A stretch of 62,850 nucleotides of DNA, counting the filler, from Dugesia japonica (Eukaryota): the NCBI GenBank assembly GCA_001938525.1. It is 5 parts of 5 records of this genome, joined end to end, with 100 filler letters (N's around TTAATTAATTAA, not from the genome) between each part and the next. Parts side by side here need not be neighbours in the genome. Positions count along the whole stretch, not along the records: positions 1 to 9,849 come from MQRL01598970.1; positions 9,950 to 18,815 come from MQRL01623665.1; 3 more parts are not named here. One strand, given 5' to 3'. The translations under genes and the position numbers were made by a program. Each line of letters starts with the position of its first letter. Positions within the stretch are counted from its first letter, which is position 1. The notes beneath the pieces are model-generated. The model did no database searches and was not told the DNA's origin. It saw only the letters and a program-made list of their open reading frames with translations. Positions 1 through 13,400 of the stretch are shown here, piece by piece.

Positions 1-1560
1 CGACCAAACGTTTAGTAATTCGTAAGCGCAAACCCCCTATAAAACTTTGAAGACTCACTTTAATTTCATGCGTGAATCTCGTCATAAGTAATACTGCTAG
101 ATATAATATTTAAACATATCGGTTTAAATATTGCTGATTTATTTAAATTTTAATAAACTTTGATAATGTCTACTTTTGAAATACAAAATCTAAATGGCTG
201 CAAACCTTGATCAATTTGTAGCAAAATGTAATATAAATGTTGTCAACGAAAGTTATGCAAGTGCAGTTAAGAAATCAGCTTTTGAACCAAAATAAAATAA
301 AATGAGAAATGATTACCGAGGACAATATTTTCATCACAAAGAAAATACTCCAAATTATTTTAGTATTTCTAGAAAACCGACAAACAATTCAAGGATTGGA
401 AATAATATGCAACAATTAAGAGATGTAAATGAAGACCAAAGAGGAAAATTTCCAAAACATTCTCTGAAATATGTAGCAACAAAATTTTATAATATATGGC
501 ATGGTAAAGCAAATCCAAAAGTAGACTTCCTACAGCCTGGTGCTTGTTTTTACTGTGGAGAAATAAATTTTAGAAGAAAAATCTAGAGTTAGAAGAATAA
601 ATATTGTAGAAAGATCAAATTATGATAAAGAAATTATCATAAAAATTCAAAGTAATGATCAAATCACCAAAGAGATAATGGACTATATTAAAGATGCAAG
701 TTTTCAAGTTAGTAAAAATTTAAATAAAAGTAAATACTTTAGAAATATTGATAAATTAGTTATGAAAGAAGATAAATTGCTGTTTGTTGATAAAAATACG
801 AAGAAGATTGTTGCAGCAGGTAAATCGGTGGTTGATTTAATAAATTACATCTATGAAGAATTATGTCACGTGAAAACGAAAAAATTAACTGACTTTATTC
901 AAACAACTTATTTTTGGCCAGATTTGTTCAGAACAATTGAACATGAGTTTAACAAATGCTTCATTTATAATCAAAGAAAAATATATACAGGCAAAACAAA
1001 ATGATTTTTATTGCCTTGAACCGAATTTGGAGCGTTAGAACAGATTGTCATTGATATAGCTCATTTTGACGAATCAAAGTTTAAAAAGTATATTTTAGTA
1101 CTTATAGATCAAGACAGCAAGCTTGTTAGACATGGCTAAACAAGACAAAAAGTCTGTAGTTGAATCAATAAAGAGAACTAAATTTATAGATTGGGCAACC
1201 CCACATCCATACTAACAGATAGAAGCAAGATATTTGAAGGAAAATTGATAAAAGGAATAACTCATAAATTTGAAATTACACACGGATTTTTGTCTCCATA
1301 CCAACATCAATCAAATGAGTAGACAGAAATAATGATCAGGACTCTACATTCTTTGATTGTCACTACAATAAAAATTGGAAATTTTCAAAATAATGCAACC
1401 CAACAAAAGAAAACTGGAGTATTACCATTTGAAATAATTTATGGAAGAAAAATTATTATTCATAGACTATTACTAAATTACAATACAAGTATTGGTGGAG
1501 TTAGATAATTAGTTGATAAAAATTTTAAAAATGGGAATTTGTCGGAATATTTGAGATAAA
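1..1560 (+). mobile_element. Ty3/Gypsy remnant (gag fragment, integrase, PPT; RT/RH deleted)
   Basis: ORF 302-586 ends in a knuckle-like CFYCGE. ORF 678-1004 is an integrase H2C2 zinc region (LCHVKTKK..YFWPDL). Broken core follows (IVIDIAH, ILTDRSKIFEG, SPYQHQSN). Purine tract aaaaatgggaa then TGT near 1527-1540. Confidence 0.85.
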
Positions 1561-3066
1561 AATATAAATTTTAATAGTTATATAAATTATATTTATATAT
1601 AATTATATATTTATTTAAATATAATTATATATTTATTTATATATAAATATATATATTAATAACTAGTGTATTTTTTGAAACCATAGTGGAATTTTTAAAC
1701 TCTAAAATTTCCCTAACAAACCATTATTTCAGTTGGTGGATAGTTCAGTTATAATTAATTTTACAAATATTAATACTGCAAAAATATTACAAAAACACAA
1801 TTAAATTATTTATTATGTTTACGATATATTTTTTACACAGTTAAAGTAACAATGAAAATTTCTAACTTTGGATTACTGCTAAATTACACAACATTAGTTT
1901 CCACTACACTATTAACCGAATTTCTCTCAATTTGATATTTAAACTACCGCTTCAAAATTTCTGCAACCTTTTCTTATTTACTTTATTTAAACACATTAAT
2001 TCTTTAATTAATTTTTTTTAAGTTTTTCATTAATATTTTATTTCTTCCTTACAATTATTNNNNNNNNNNNNNNNNNNNNNNNNNNNNNNNNNNNNNNNNN
2101 NNNNNNNNNNNNNNNNNNNNNNNNNNNNNNATTATTATTATTATTATTATTTGATTGTAACTCATTTTACATAAAGATATACAATTTAAAACATTTCCAA
2201 ATTATAATATTATTGTATAAATCTTTATTCATTTATTTAATTCATGATAATTTTTATAATTCTCAAATTTCAACAAATAATTGTGTTAGTAATTGTCTGA
2301 TATGTGAATTTCGTGACCTGAATATATTTATTTATATAAAATGAACTTAAATAAATAGTTTTTATTTCATCAATCATTATTGGGGAGAAAATTATTTTAA
2401 ATAAAATGAAATTCAATATTTTCAGGAAGAAATATTATTATGGAATATATAGAACTTAATAATAAAAAGCATAATAATTAATGAATTTCTTCAAAAGATT
2501 TAAGAATAAAATAATAAAAATAATAAGAAAATTATCCTGATTTAAAATATAGTGCCATTTTCCAAATTAAAGAAATACTGTCTTGATCTGATTTATATTT
2601 ATCATTAATTATTATCAAAAAAAATAATGTATTATTAATTATATTAGTTGATCGAAGTCGTGAATGATATGAGATTAATATTAGAAATTATAGATATTTT
2701 TGTTTTGGCAATTTTCAGTTTAAGAGAATATTATTTAAATTGAAAAATTAGAAATAATATTTTACAAAATAAATTACAATAGTTAGATTATTATTATTAT
2801 AATTATAATAATTAGAAGATTGGTAGTGTTTATATGTTTCAAAAGAATTTTCTTAGATTAAAGTTTTATATTTTTTTATATGAAATTATCCTGAAAAATG
2901 TTTCTAAAATTTTGCTTTATGTCATTAAAATTTATTTTCATAGATTTCGTTGTCATGAGCTCGATGAATTTTTTATCATTAATATTAAGTACGGCTTTTA
3001 ATGATATTTCACCAAGATACGATATTGCATCAACTATATTTAAATTACTTATTAATTCATTTAGAT

Positions 3067-3369
3067 TAGTGGTGCACAACCAGTTTTCTAGACGAACCGC
3101 ATCATCAGTTTAAATTAATTTCGCGGCCATTTATTCAAAGTTTTCGGACCGAAGGTTGGGTATCACTGGTATTATAGGTACTATACTATACTATATAATT
3201 TTAAATATACATATATAGCACTGTTAAATTGTCATTTTGCAGCTAGTATTTTGGAGAAGATCGTTGTAAATCCGTGAAATATTGATTCTGAAGAATTATA
3301 TTTCTATAAATAAATAAATTTTGAATTATTCATGGATTTGGGTCGTTGGTCATATGTTGTGCACTTCTG
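3067..3369. mobile_element. Non-autonomous hAT (Buster/Charlie-like) MITE
   Basis: Ends TAGTGGTGCACAAC / GTTGTGCACTTCTG. Flanks ATTTAGAT / ATTTAAAT (8-bp TSD, 1 mismatch). Interior is homologous in reverse orientation to 14115-14319. Confidence 0.7.
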
Positions 3370-4439
3370 ATTTAAATTATATGCTTTGGTTAAAGTAATA
3401 TCTATAAGTTTACATCCCACAGGAATAATAATTTTTTCTCTAATTTTCATTGTATCAAGACTATTTTTATTAGCTCACTAACTAATCGGAGTAATATAAA
3501 ACATACTAATTATATCTTTACGCTCATTTCCAAAGTATGTTATAATGTTCTTACTAGTAGTAATATAAGTAAATGCCAATTGATTGAAACCTATTAAAAT
3601 CCAGGTTGTAATAATTTCTGTCTCATTTGAAAAAGTAAAATATCTAAAGCAAAGTTTTTATCTTCTAAAAATTTTAATTTTGATTGATCTCCTTTACAAG
3701 TAAATTTGTANCCAGATAAATCCGCCATTTTTTATTATCACCAAATGGAAAATTTACTGATAACCCGAATTTCAATACATGAAGCATTATACTCTCATGA
3801 TATAATTTATTATATTTAATTAAAATAAAACCTCATTTTCAGCAAATGTGGTGTGTATAACTTAACAGATTTTGATCCAAAATATATGGAAAATCGATGT
3901 ATCATTCAATCGTACCATACACCAATACAGATTTACAGTTGTAAATACTAACAAGATTATTTCGAGTGATTCGATTACAGCAACACTCAATCAGAACAAT
4001 GTGTTGATCTTATTTAATTGCAGTAAATAACTGAAATATTTTACCAGATATTGAAACCCTAAAAATCGGCTTCGGATTTAGGTGCGGGTTATCAAAATAA
4101 AAATCCAAGTTCAGAGTTCGTGATTACACGTGGTACAAAGTATAAATGTGTTTTCGTAAAAAATCTTTAACTTATTTATTTTTCATAATAATTTTCGGTT
4201 AATTTAAAATATTTTTTTAAGTTTTCTTTTAGATCTTTGTGATGATAATATAAATTTCGGAGCTGAAAAGGAACTGCAAAAATGATCTGAGCAGCTTGAT
4301 ATAATAATTGTGTTTGCATTTTATTGTAGTAAACCACTATTTACTATTAGTAATTGACTCTTTTGTTGTTATTTTTTAGTTTTATGTGCACAGCAGAAAT
4401 CTTTTTTTTATATTTATGAACCTGAAGAAATCAACATAC

Positions 4440-6085
4440 CTCAATACGCAAACAAGCATCGCCTTGTTAACTATTTTACCATTTTCAAATTTAGTTATTA
4501 TTTATTATATCTCTTTTTAATTATTATTCCTGGGCCTTCGTACCTATTTTTGTCTTTATTAATAGCGATAATTTTACCACAACTTTGTCTCCAATTTGTA
4601 AATGTCTTTTCGTAATTCCATACATCCTATGACTAATTTCATCTTGATCAATGAGATGTTTTCATTCTATTTCCATGTTTCTCTTCTACATTTTCATGAG
4701 TGTTCCATTCTTGTGAAATTTTCTTTCCAAAAACAATTTCATGCTGGGCTCAATTTTAATGGACTTTGATATGTAGAATTTATCATAAATTCTACTTCTG
4801 AGAGTATATATTTTCAATCTTTATTTGTTTTATCTTGTAATTTTGTAGTTCGAAATTGTCTTTCGATTTGTCCATTACTAGAATGATAATATGGACATGA
4901 GAAGTTTAACTCTATTTCATGTTTTTCTGTCAATTCTCTAATCAAATTCGATTTAAATGATCTTCTTCTATTACAAGTAATAATTTTAGGTACCCCGAAT
5001 TTCAAAGACCACTTATTTTTTAATGTATTTGCTACAGTTTTTTCGGTTTGATCAATTACCGATGTTAATGATATATACTTGCTAAATTGATCTATAATAG
5101 CTAATATATATATATATATTTTTACTATTTCTAGCGGTTTTAAACGGTACACAGAAATTAATATGGATAATTTCAAATATATCTGTAGGTAACGTTTTAA
5201 TTATGTCTTCTTTTGTTTTTGAAGTTACAGTTTTCCTTTTTTGATATTTTTCACAGCTTTGTAGAGTCCCATATATTATATCAGTTTTATTTTCCATGTC
5301 AAATTGTCTCGAAATATATTTGAAAACTTTTTTTGATCTAGCATGACATAATAATTGATGAGTGTAATCAATGAATTTGATTCTCATTTCTTTTGGGATC
5401 CAAATTTTATTGTCAATTGTATAAACAATATTTTCAATAAATTTAAATTTTTTCAATTCAAATTTTTTTCAATTAAAATGCTTTCATTAATTCAGCTTTC
5501 AAATTTTTAAAATAAATTTTGCACTCATCTGTCCAGTATATTTTTTACTGGTTACTATCACATAGATTTTCTAAACATTTTGAATACTTTGTGTAATCCT
5601 TTATAAATTTCCTATAATAATTTGCTAGGCCTAAAATACTTCTCAACTTTTTAACACATTTTTGGGTTTCAAAATAAAAAATTCCCTCAATTTTTTTATT
5701 ATCAGTATAAATTCTTTTTGAGTTAAAAATATGACCCAGAAATTTTATCTCGTTTTTCATGAAATGACATTAAGCGGGACGTATTTTTAAACCGGTTTCT
5801 TTTATACATTTAAAAACATTATCAATTCTCTTATAGTGTTCTTTAATATTCTTTAAAAGTTTTGGAAAAAATTAAAAATATCCTGTAAGTAAACCACTGC
5901 TTCCTTCCAATTTAGGGAACCTGAACCCTTATTGATCAATTTCTGATAATTAGAAGGAGCAGCTGCAATTCCAAAAGGCATTCTATTAAAATAATATTGT
6001 GCACCTTTTGTTGAAAATGCAGTTTTACATTTTGAGTCATACAAACTAATTGAACTCATAGTCAAATATAAATTATGCAACATCC
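4440..6085 (-). mobile_element. Ty3/Gypsy pol remnant (RT, RT-RH connection, integrase)
   Basis: KTAFSTKGAQYYFNRMPFGIAAAP; IKFLGH..LRSILGLANYYRKFIKDY; H2C2 (HQLLCH); core IIDQFSKY..PYYHSSNGQIERQFRT; YEGP motif. Many frameshifts. Confidence 0.92.
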
Positions 6086-6559
6086 AATTTTAATAATGAT
6101 TTATAATAAAAATAAAATATCCTCACAATTATTATTTAGTTTATTTATTCCAACAAGTATATTATTGTTGTTAAAGATAAATCATCAAAGTATATGCCGA
6201 AATTTCATTAGTTTATGTCTCAATGGATTAATAATTGAAATTTTTCGGATATAATTTATTTTAATAATATTCTATTTTTTATAATGATTGAATAATTATA
6301 AATAATGATGATGAAATATCAAATTATTTAAATAAATTCTTCTAATGGATTTTTTGGAATATAGACATTAATCTTTTGAAAAAATTATGCTTTTTTAGAT
6401 AATTTTAATTTTTACACTATTTTTTGATTTGCAAATTAATTTCAATAATATTTTAATTTAAAATATTTAAATTTATTCAGTTTTGAGTAAACCTTTCTCT
6501 GAAAATCAATTAGCATTTATTATTATAAATATTCTTATTATTACATAATTACATTATTA

Positions 6560-6700
6560 TATTATGATTATAATTATATTAATTGCTTATTATATTATGA
6601 TTATAATTATATTAATTGTTTATTATACTATGATTATAATTATATTAATTGTTTATTATACTATGATTATAATTATATTAATTGTTTATTATATTATTCT
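6560..6700. repeat. AT-rich minisatellite, about 33-bp unit, about 4 copies
   Basis: Repeated unit attatactatgattataattatattaattgttt. Confidence 0.8.
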
Positions 6701-7778
6701 TATTCTTAATGTATAATTATTAAATTATACTGTTATTATAATATTATATTATAATAATATATTATATAAATGTTACTATAAAATATTTTTGATTTATAAA
6801 ATCATTAGTATGTAACAAATCTAACTACATACATGTATCCCTAGTATAACGCGGAGGTTATTTCTCGTTATGTAAATCACGTTATGTAAGACTTATTTTT
6901 AAAATTAAGTAGAGGGTCAGATTCCAATTATTTTTTCCAAAATAAAATACTAAATTATACATGTATATTTCAAGTCAAAACTATGATTTAAACTTTATTT
7001 TAAAAAATATGTGAATCACATATATTAATTAAATATGATAACTGGAAATTTTAATCAATGAAACGATTAATTATAAAATATCATGTTTACATTTTCATTA
7101 ATAGTCACATAATGTGATAAATTTTATGATACAGTTAATATATTTTTAGGTGAATTAAAACGCATCCTTATAAATCCGTAAGATAAAATGTGAACTTTAA
7201 AAAAAACATAATTACTACAATGAAAAATACTAACCTTCAATACAATTTGATGATGGATTTGAATTTTATTTATCATCATATTCTGCAATTTTGTAAAATC
7301 AATTGATTTTTAATTAACATGAAACAAATTTTTACAAATTATCGATCATATTTACTGATCGATTTGTAAAATAAATATTATATTTTTTCCACAACGAACT
7401 TCCAACAAAAAAAGGAAAATCGTATAGAAATCGTATTTTTTTTAATTTACATAAACCCCCATTGAATTAATAATCAGACATTTTTTGATCATCATCAATC
7501 AAATATATAAAGAGATTTATTTCATAAATAAACAAAAGCATTCTTTAACTTTACCAATTTTAATTAAAGGATAATGAGGAAAAATTTCGAAAGGAATAGA
7601 AATTCTAAAAGAGAAATATTTTTTTTATGAATTCTTATTTTTTTTAATTAAATGTAAAATGAAAATATGATTTTAATTTATTATAGTTGTTTAAAAATAT
7701 TTTTAATAAAATTATTAATATTTTATATAAATACTAGAAGAAATAGAATATATTAATATAAACAGAATATATTAATTC

Positions 7779-8070
7779 TTACAATTGCAATTATTGCGAA
7801 AATAATTGGTGAATGTAACCATTGATCGTTTTTTAGAATTCTTTTAAAATAAAAACATCGATAAAATTTGTTTTTTATTGATTTCTTGAGATTGATTCGG
7901 ATATTTCAACTTTGTTTTCGTCAGTAATTGACTTAAAAAAGAATTGAATTTTAAAAAGTATTGAAAAAGTCAATTCCTGACGAAGACAAAGTCGAAATAT
8001 CGAATAAATCTAAAAAAAAACAATAAAAAAAATTTTTTGATAGAAGCTTTTATTTTAAATGAAATATTAA
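7779..8070. mobile_element. Penelope-like element terminal repeat (pLTR) in inverted, hairpin arrangement
   Basis: Arms about 7837-7935 and 7966-8068 are imperfect reverse complements, and each carries a hammerhead core. The leading block ttacaattgcaattattgcga..aaccattgatcg recurs near 12373, 18633 and 44248. Confidence 0.7.
7973..8005 (+). ncRNA. Minimal type I hammerhead ribozyme (PLE-type)
   Basis: ATTC-CTGACGA-A-GAC aaa GTC-GAAA-TA-TC-GAAT: helix I ATTC/GAAT, CUGANGA and GAAA cores, 3-bp helix II, palindromic helix III ATAT, UC cleavage site. Confidence 0.72.
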
Positions 8071-8074
8071 TTCT

Positions 8075-8545
8075 TGTCAAGAATTTTAAATATTTTGTCT
8101 GAAAAATTTCTAAATAAGTAGGAGAGANTATTACACAAAGCGTTAATGATTAGATTTCATAATCTAAGCATTAATGTACAGATAACTTTCAACTAAATTT
8201 ATAAAAAAAACTTTGGATGAAGTTTTTGAATTTTTTTATAGGTTTTTAACTTTCATAAAATTTCAAAAATAAACTGAAAACTACGAATTTTTAATTATAC
8301 GTTTCTGGAAATTTAATACAAATTTGAATTTATTAATTATAATTATTAGAAAATGTTTTATTATATCCATCTTTTATTCAGTATAATTCAGTATAATAAT
8401 TCTGGATAATAAAGACTGAACAATCTAGTATTTTTCATTTTATCTGATGATGACGAATGTTAATCCGCCAAAATATATCAAAATAAAGTTTTACTTTAAA
8501 AGGCATTATTTATTTTTCATCAATAATTTGCAATTGTTTATTACA
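8075..8545 (+). mobile_element. Penelope-like element 3' fragment (GIY-YIG C-terminus and 3' UTR)
   Basis: FNILSEK..ALMIRFHNLSINVQ is homologous to 16020-16100. Degenerate hammerhead CTGATGATGAC..(G)AAATATATC followed by AATAAA near 8444-8490. Confidence 0.7.
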
Positions 8546-9813
8546 AGTTTAATGAAATTGAAAAAAATTTTAAATTAATTTTAAATTTAATTAGCATTTA
8601 TTATTGTTAATATTCTAATATATTCTATTATATTATCATTTAAATTATATTATTTTTATTATTAATTTAAAATTTTTAAATAATACTGTTATTATTTGTT
8701 ATATTAAAAGAAATTTTATTATTATTATTACTTGTTAAATACATTAAAATATTATTATAATTTGATTTTTTTTTGAGTAATCAATCTATGAATTTTATAA
8801 TTTCCTTTAATTTTGTTAGTGTAAATTATCAAATGAATTACATAGATTTTGCTTGGTTAAATATATGTTGACAAAATATGTTAACCAAAAATGTTAACTA
8901 GATATGCTAACAAATATTTTCAATAGTCAGAATATTTTAAATATCATAAATACTTTGTTTTTATATTTCCTTGTCATTTTAAAACTTTAAAAACTCAAAA
9001 CATTTTAAAGGAATATAAGTTTTTTGTTTGACTTACACTTAACTNACCTTTAAAAAATTCTAGGTATTTTATTATTGTTAACAAACATTATCCTACTATA
9101 TAATTACTTACTTTTACAGTTAGAAAAATAAACTACAATAAAATTTCGAAACATTTAAAAAGCTCTCTCAAATGAATTTCAATAAACTGAAAAAAATATT
9201 CCCAAAAATCTAATATCCCACAAATCTGAATTTATAAATAATAAAAGAAAAAATATTAAAAAAAAATATAATTTTTAGGAAAACAAATTAGTATCTAAAA
9301 GGGGAGTTAAAATCTATTCAGATAATCTAAGAAGAAATTTTAAAAAATTGTTTTAATAAACGGTTTTAAATTTTGATTTAGATTTTAAATTTAATCAGTG
9401 GTTTAAAAAAAGTGGTTGTTATACAAATAAATAATTATAATTACAAAGAAATCAAATTAGCGTTACGAAGAAATTATTTAAAATAAATTTAAAATTGTTA
9501 AGATAAAANNNNNNNNNNNNNNNNNNNNNNNNNNNNNNNNNNNNNNNNNNNNNNNNNNNNNNNNNNNNNNNNNNNNNNNNNNNNNNNNNNNNNNNNNNNN
9601 NNNNNNNNNNNNNNNNNNNNNNNNNNNNNNNNNNNNNNNNNNNNNNNNNNNNNNNNNNNNNNNNNNCAATAACACTGAAAATATCAATAATAGTTGATGA
9701 TTATCTCCTAAATTCATCATTGAAATCTCATAGGTGAAACAAATATGGAATTCGATAAAATCAATCGAACTAGAGTAATGCATTTGGTAAATTGAAACAC
9801 GAAAAATATTTAC

Positions 9814-9849
<36 letters not shown>

Positions 9850-9949
9850 NNNNNNNNNNNNNNNNNNNNNNNNNNNNNNNNNNNNNNNNNNNNTTAATTA
9901 ATTAANNNNNNNNNNNNNNNNNNNNNNNNNNNNNNNNNNNNNNNNNNNN
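9850..9949. other. Artificial scaffold linker
   Basis: N44 + TTAATTAATTAA (9894-9905) + N44; identical at four places. Confidence 0.97.
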
Positions 9950-10229
9950 CGACGGATGTGCCTTCGTGCAATATCCCGATGGTTTGTAGTTCACCATTGG
10001 AATCTAGGTGTGTGAAGGTAACCGCATTATAAACGGCTCGTGCCCTATTAGGCCCCTTCCAGTCATAGAAAGCGTGGCGCTCGGTAGCGTCCCACTGCCT
10101 TTCCTTCTCGGCTTCTTACAACAGGTAAGTTAGAACGTTCTGCGAAGACTCCCGCATCTGTACTGTAGGGGTTCTTATAGCGTTTGAATATAGTGCGGCC
10201 AGTTCTTCGATCAAGCACGACTTCCCATT

Positions 10230-10953
10230 TATGATTCACTTCAAAAATTAAAACAGTTCTTACTGATTATTAATACAATAACAAAAGAAAAAAATTTAAT
10301 ATAGATTACAAAGCGACTAAATTCCAACTGTAAATATTAAGCTTTATCAGGTTATCATTTATTTAAAAAAAACTATAATGATCAGAAATGGGGAGTCTCA
10401 AATATCGAGCCTATTTTTAGAGCACCATGTGATTTTACTTCTTTGTTCTTCGTTTCTTTTCTGGTCCCATATTGGCCCATTCTTCCAATTCTTGTAGGAG
10501 TCCTCCTGATAATGATAGAATTTACTATTGCCCAGTTACTTTCTCCTTCCAGTTTTTCTTATTACAGGTCTCTGTGATTTTCCTGAGCTGAGATAATCGA
10601 CCAAAACTGATTTTTGCCTAATTTTAATTCTTTTTTGTCTAAAATTAATTAAAATTTTTCTGCTAATTAATTATTTTTCCAAAAATACTTTTCTTGTTTT
10701 TTCTTAATAACTTATAACTTTTCTTTAATTATTGAAGTTGATCGAGGTTGAATTTATTCATCTAATGTCTTCTTTCTGTCGTTTACCTTTCTTCCGATCC
10801 TTTTATTCTCTTTATTAGTATATTTTTTATAATGTTAGCGGATTGATACGTATTCCTAATTAATTTTCTCTTCAACCCCTTTTCTTCATTATTTTTATAA
10901 TTTGGGCCCCTAGCTCTGTTTTCTTTCTTCTAAAACTAGGTGTTTCACCCCAA
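10230..10953 (-). mobile_element. Truncated LTR related to the solo LTR at 56055-57473
   Basis: Minus strand starts TGTTGGGGTGAAACACC versus TGTTGGGGGTGATACACC, with the same purine-rich U3-like composition. Confidence 0.6.
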
Positions 10954-10989
10954 CAAAATTATCAATATTACATAATCTTTAGACACAAC

Positions 10990-12360
10990 ATGTGACACTA
11001 AATTCTAATCTAACATAAAAATATGAAATCCATCATAGAAAATATTAACCCAACATATAAAAGTTACATAAATCCCATGATAAATTATAATTTAACATAC
11101 AAAAATTCCAAACCAACTTATACAGTCAATACATTCAATAAAAGTGACACTTTCAATTATTTGATACAATTAAGACCTATAATATACTCAATATATTTAA
11201 TACATTCAATATAATCTATCGATTTATTAAATTTAATATATTTAACCTATTTATTTCATCAAGATTACTTAATTATTCTATTCAGTACAATCATAAAGCC
11301 AATGAACATTGCAAGCATAATACAATTTATCGTTTAAGTCAAATATACTTAATAAACTAAAAAACATTCAAAAATCTAAATAAACCAAATTTAATGCATT
11401 CATAAAGCTAGATATAACAACCACGGAAGAAATATAAACAGGGGGAAAAATTTGACAAATCAAACAGGGACAAAACTCTAAAATACTACTACGGTAAAAT
11501 TTAAATATATACAAGGACAAAACTTTTAAGAACAACCTTGTAAAAATTAACTATTAACCGAAATAAAAATTAAATACTACAAAGGAAAATTAACCGATGA
11601 AAAATTGCTACCAGAGCAAAACTTTAAAATATCACTAGAAGTAAAAGTTAAAAAACCTAACAGATGTAAAACTCAAAAACAATATCAAAGTAAAATTTTA
11701 AAATACTAACAGAGTCAAAATTCAAAATCAATATACTAAAAATTAACCTATGTGAAAATTCTAAAATGAATAGATAGAAAATTAAATACCGCCGGAATGA
11801 AAATTTAAGAATAAGCCTATGAAAAATCTTATATAAAAATTAAATACCACTTTAGAAAAAATTTTAAAATACCAACAAGTCAAAAATATCACTTGTGCAA
11901 AATCCATATATAAAAAATTAAATACTACTGAGAAAACTTCTAAAATAAACCGTTGAAAATCATTTATAAAAATTTAACTACTTAAAAATTAACTGCATAA
12001 ACTTAACAGATAATACTGGTGAAAAATTTTAAAATATTAACAGTTAAAATTAAAAACAAATACACTAAAAAACTAACCTATGTGAAAATAATACCGGGTA
12101 AAATTAATATATATAAAAGAAAAATTTGAAAATTAATTCCAGAATAAACCTATGAAAAAATACTATATTTGTACTATACTATATATATAACATTAAAATT
12201 CATATATAAATCTATGAAAAATTTTACATAAAAAAATAATTAAATACCACCTGTGAAAAATTCTAAAATAACTACTTAAAAATTAATCCATGAAAAATTA
12301 CTCTATCTTAACATTCTAAAATATTCCCCATGAAAAATTATAGATTAAAAATTTAACCTA
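10990..12360. repeat. A-skewed dispersed repeat with degenerate internal units, copy 1
   Basis: Collinear with 42860-44230 (shared taatatactcaat..caatataatctatcgatt, ttaagtcaaatatacttaataaactaaaaa, aaatactaacagagtcaaaattc). Recurrent aaattaaataccac and aaatactac units. Confidence 0.85.
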
Positions 12361-12372
12361 ATTAAAATCATT

Positions 12373-12560
12373 TTACAATTGCAATTATTGCGAGAATAAT
12401 TGTTGGACATAACCATTGATCGTTTTAAGAATTCATTTAAAATAAAAGCTTCGATCAAAATTTGTTTTTTGGTTTTTGATAACAAGTCGAAATATAGAAA
12501 TGTTATCAAAAACCAAAAGAATTAATTCTGATCGAAGCTTTTATTTTAAATTAATTAATT
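12373..12560. mobile_element. PLE terminal-repeat fragment with inverted arms
   Basis: Same leading block as 7779; aaaataaaagcttcgatca / tgatcgaagcttttatttt inverted pair. Confidence 0.65.
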
Positions 12561-13124
12561 GAAATCAATCAAAAATTAAATACCACTGGGTAAAATTCAA
12601 GAATAAACCTATCAAAATATACTACCGAGTAAAATTCTTATATAATAATAAATGAAATCGTCTGCAACACTCATCTCAAAAAATTACTCATTCATTTAAA
12701 ATTGTTTTGAGCAGATGTAGAGATAATTCATTGGAAATGGATCCATATTTGGAAATGTTTTAGAAACAATATTTGAATCAATAAATTTGTTGTTAAATTT
12801 GAATAAATATCGAGTAAAATAATTCGTTGGAAAAATATCTTATTTGAAAATTTATTTCCAATCCGACCAAGTACCAGGAAGATTAAAGTAAAATTTAGTC
12901 AAATAAATCTTACCAAAAGCCAAATGGCGGACAAGGTGACGAATTTTCAGCTACTAATTGAGAAATTTTTTTTTTGATAAACATAAAATGAAAACTGGTT
13001 TGTGGATATTTAAACCTAGTGAAATTTCACTCAAAAACAACTAATTAAATCAAAATTTAATAATTAATTAAATTATCAGTGTGCACAAAGTATTTAAATT
13101 GAAATTAAATTAAACAAAGTATTT

Positions 13125-13400
13125 CAATTGGAGATGACAACTTAAAAAATGATAAATTAGGAGATGATAAAGTCAGAGATAATAAATTGGAAGACGATGA
13201 ATTAAATGATGAGAAATTGCAAGCTGATAAAGTCAGATGATAAATTATATAAGACGATTAATTTTTTAACAACTTTTAATAAAAAGATGATAAATTAGCA
13301 GGTGATAAACCAGTTACTGATAATTTAGGAGATGGTATATTCAAGGATAATGAATAAGAAAATGATAAACGAAAACATGGCAACATGAATTTAATAAAAA
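13125..13400 (+). repeat. Degenerate 15-nt coding-like repeat (DKLxD)
   Basis: gatgataaattagga-like units translate GDDNLKNDKLGDDKVRDNKLEDDELNDEKLQADK. Confidence 0.55.

Noticed and set aside
7230-7510. Possible host exons on the minus strand
   Set aside because: Splice-like sites are present, but there are in-frame stops and no recognisable protein.
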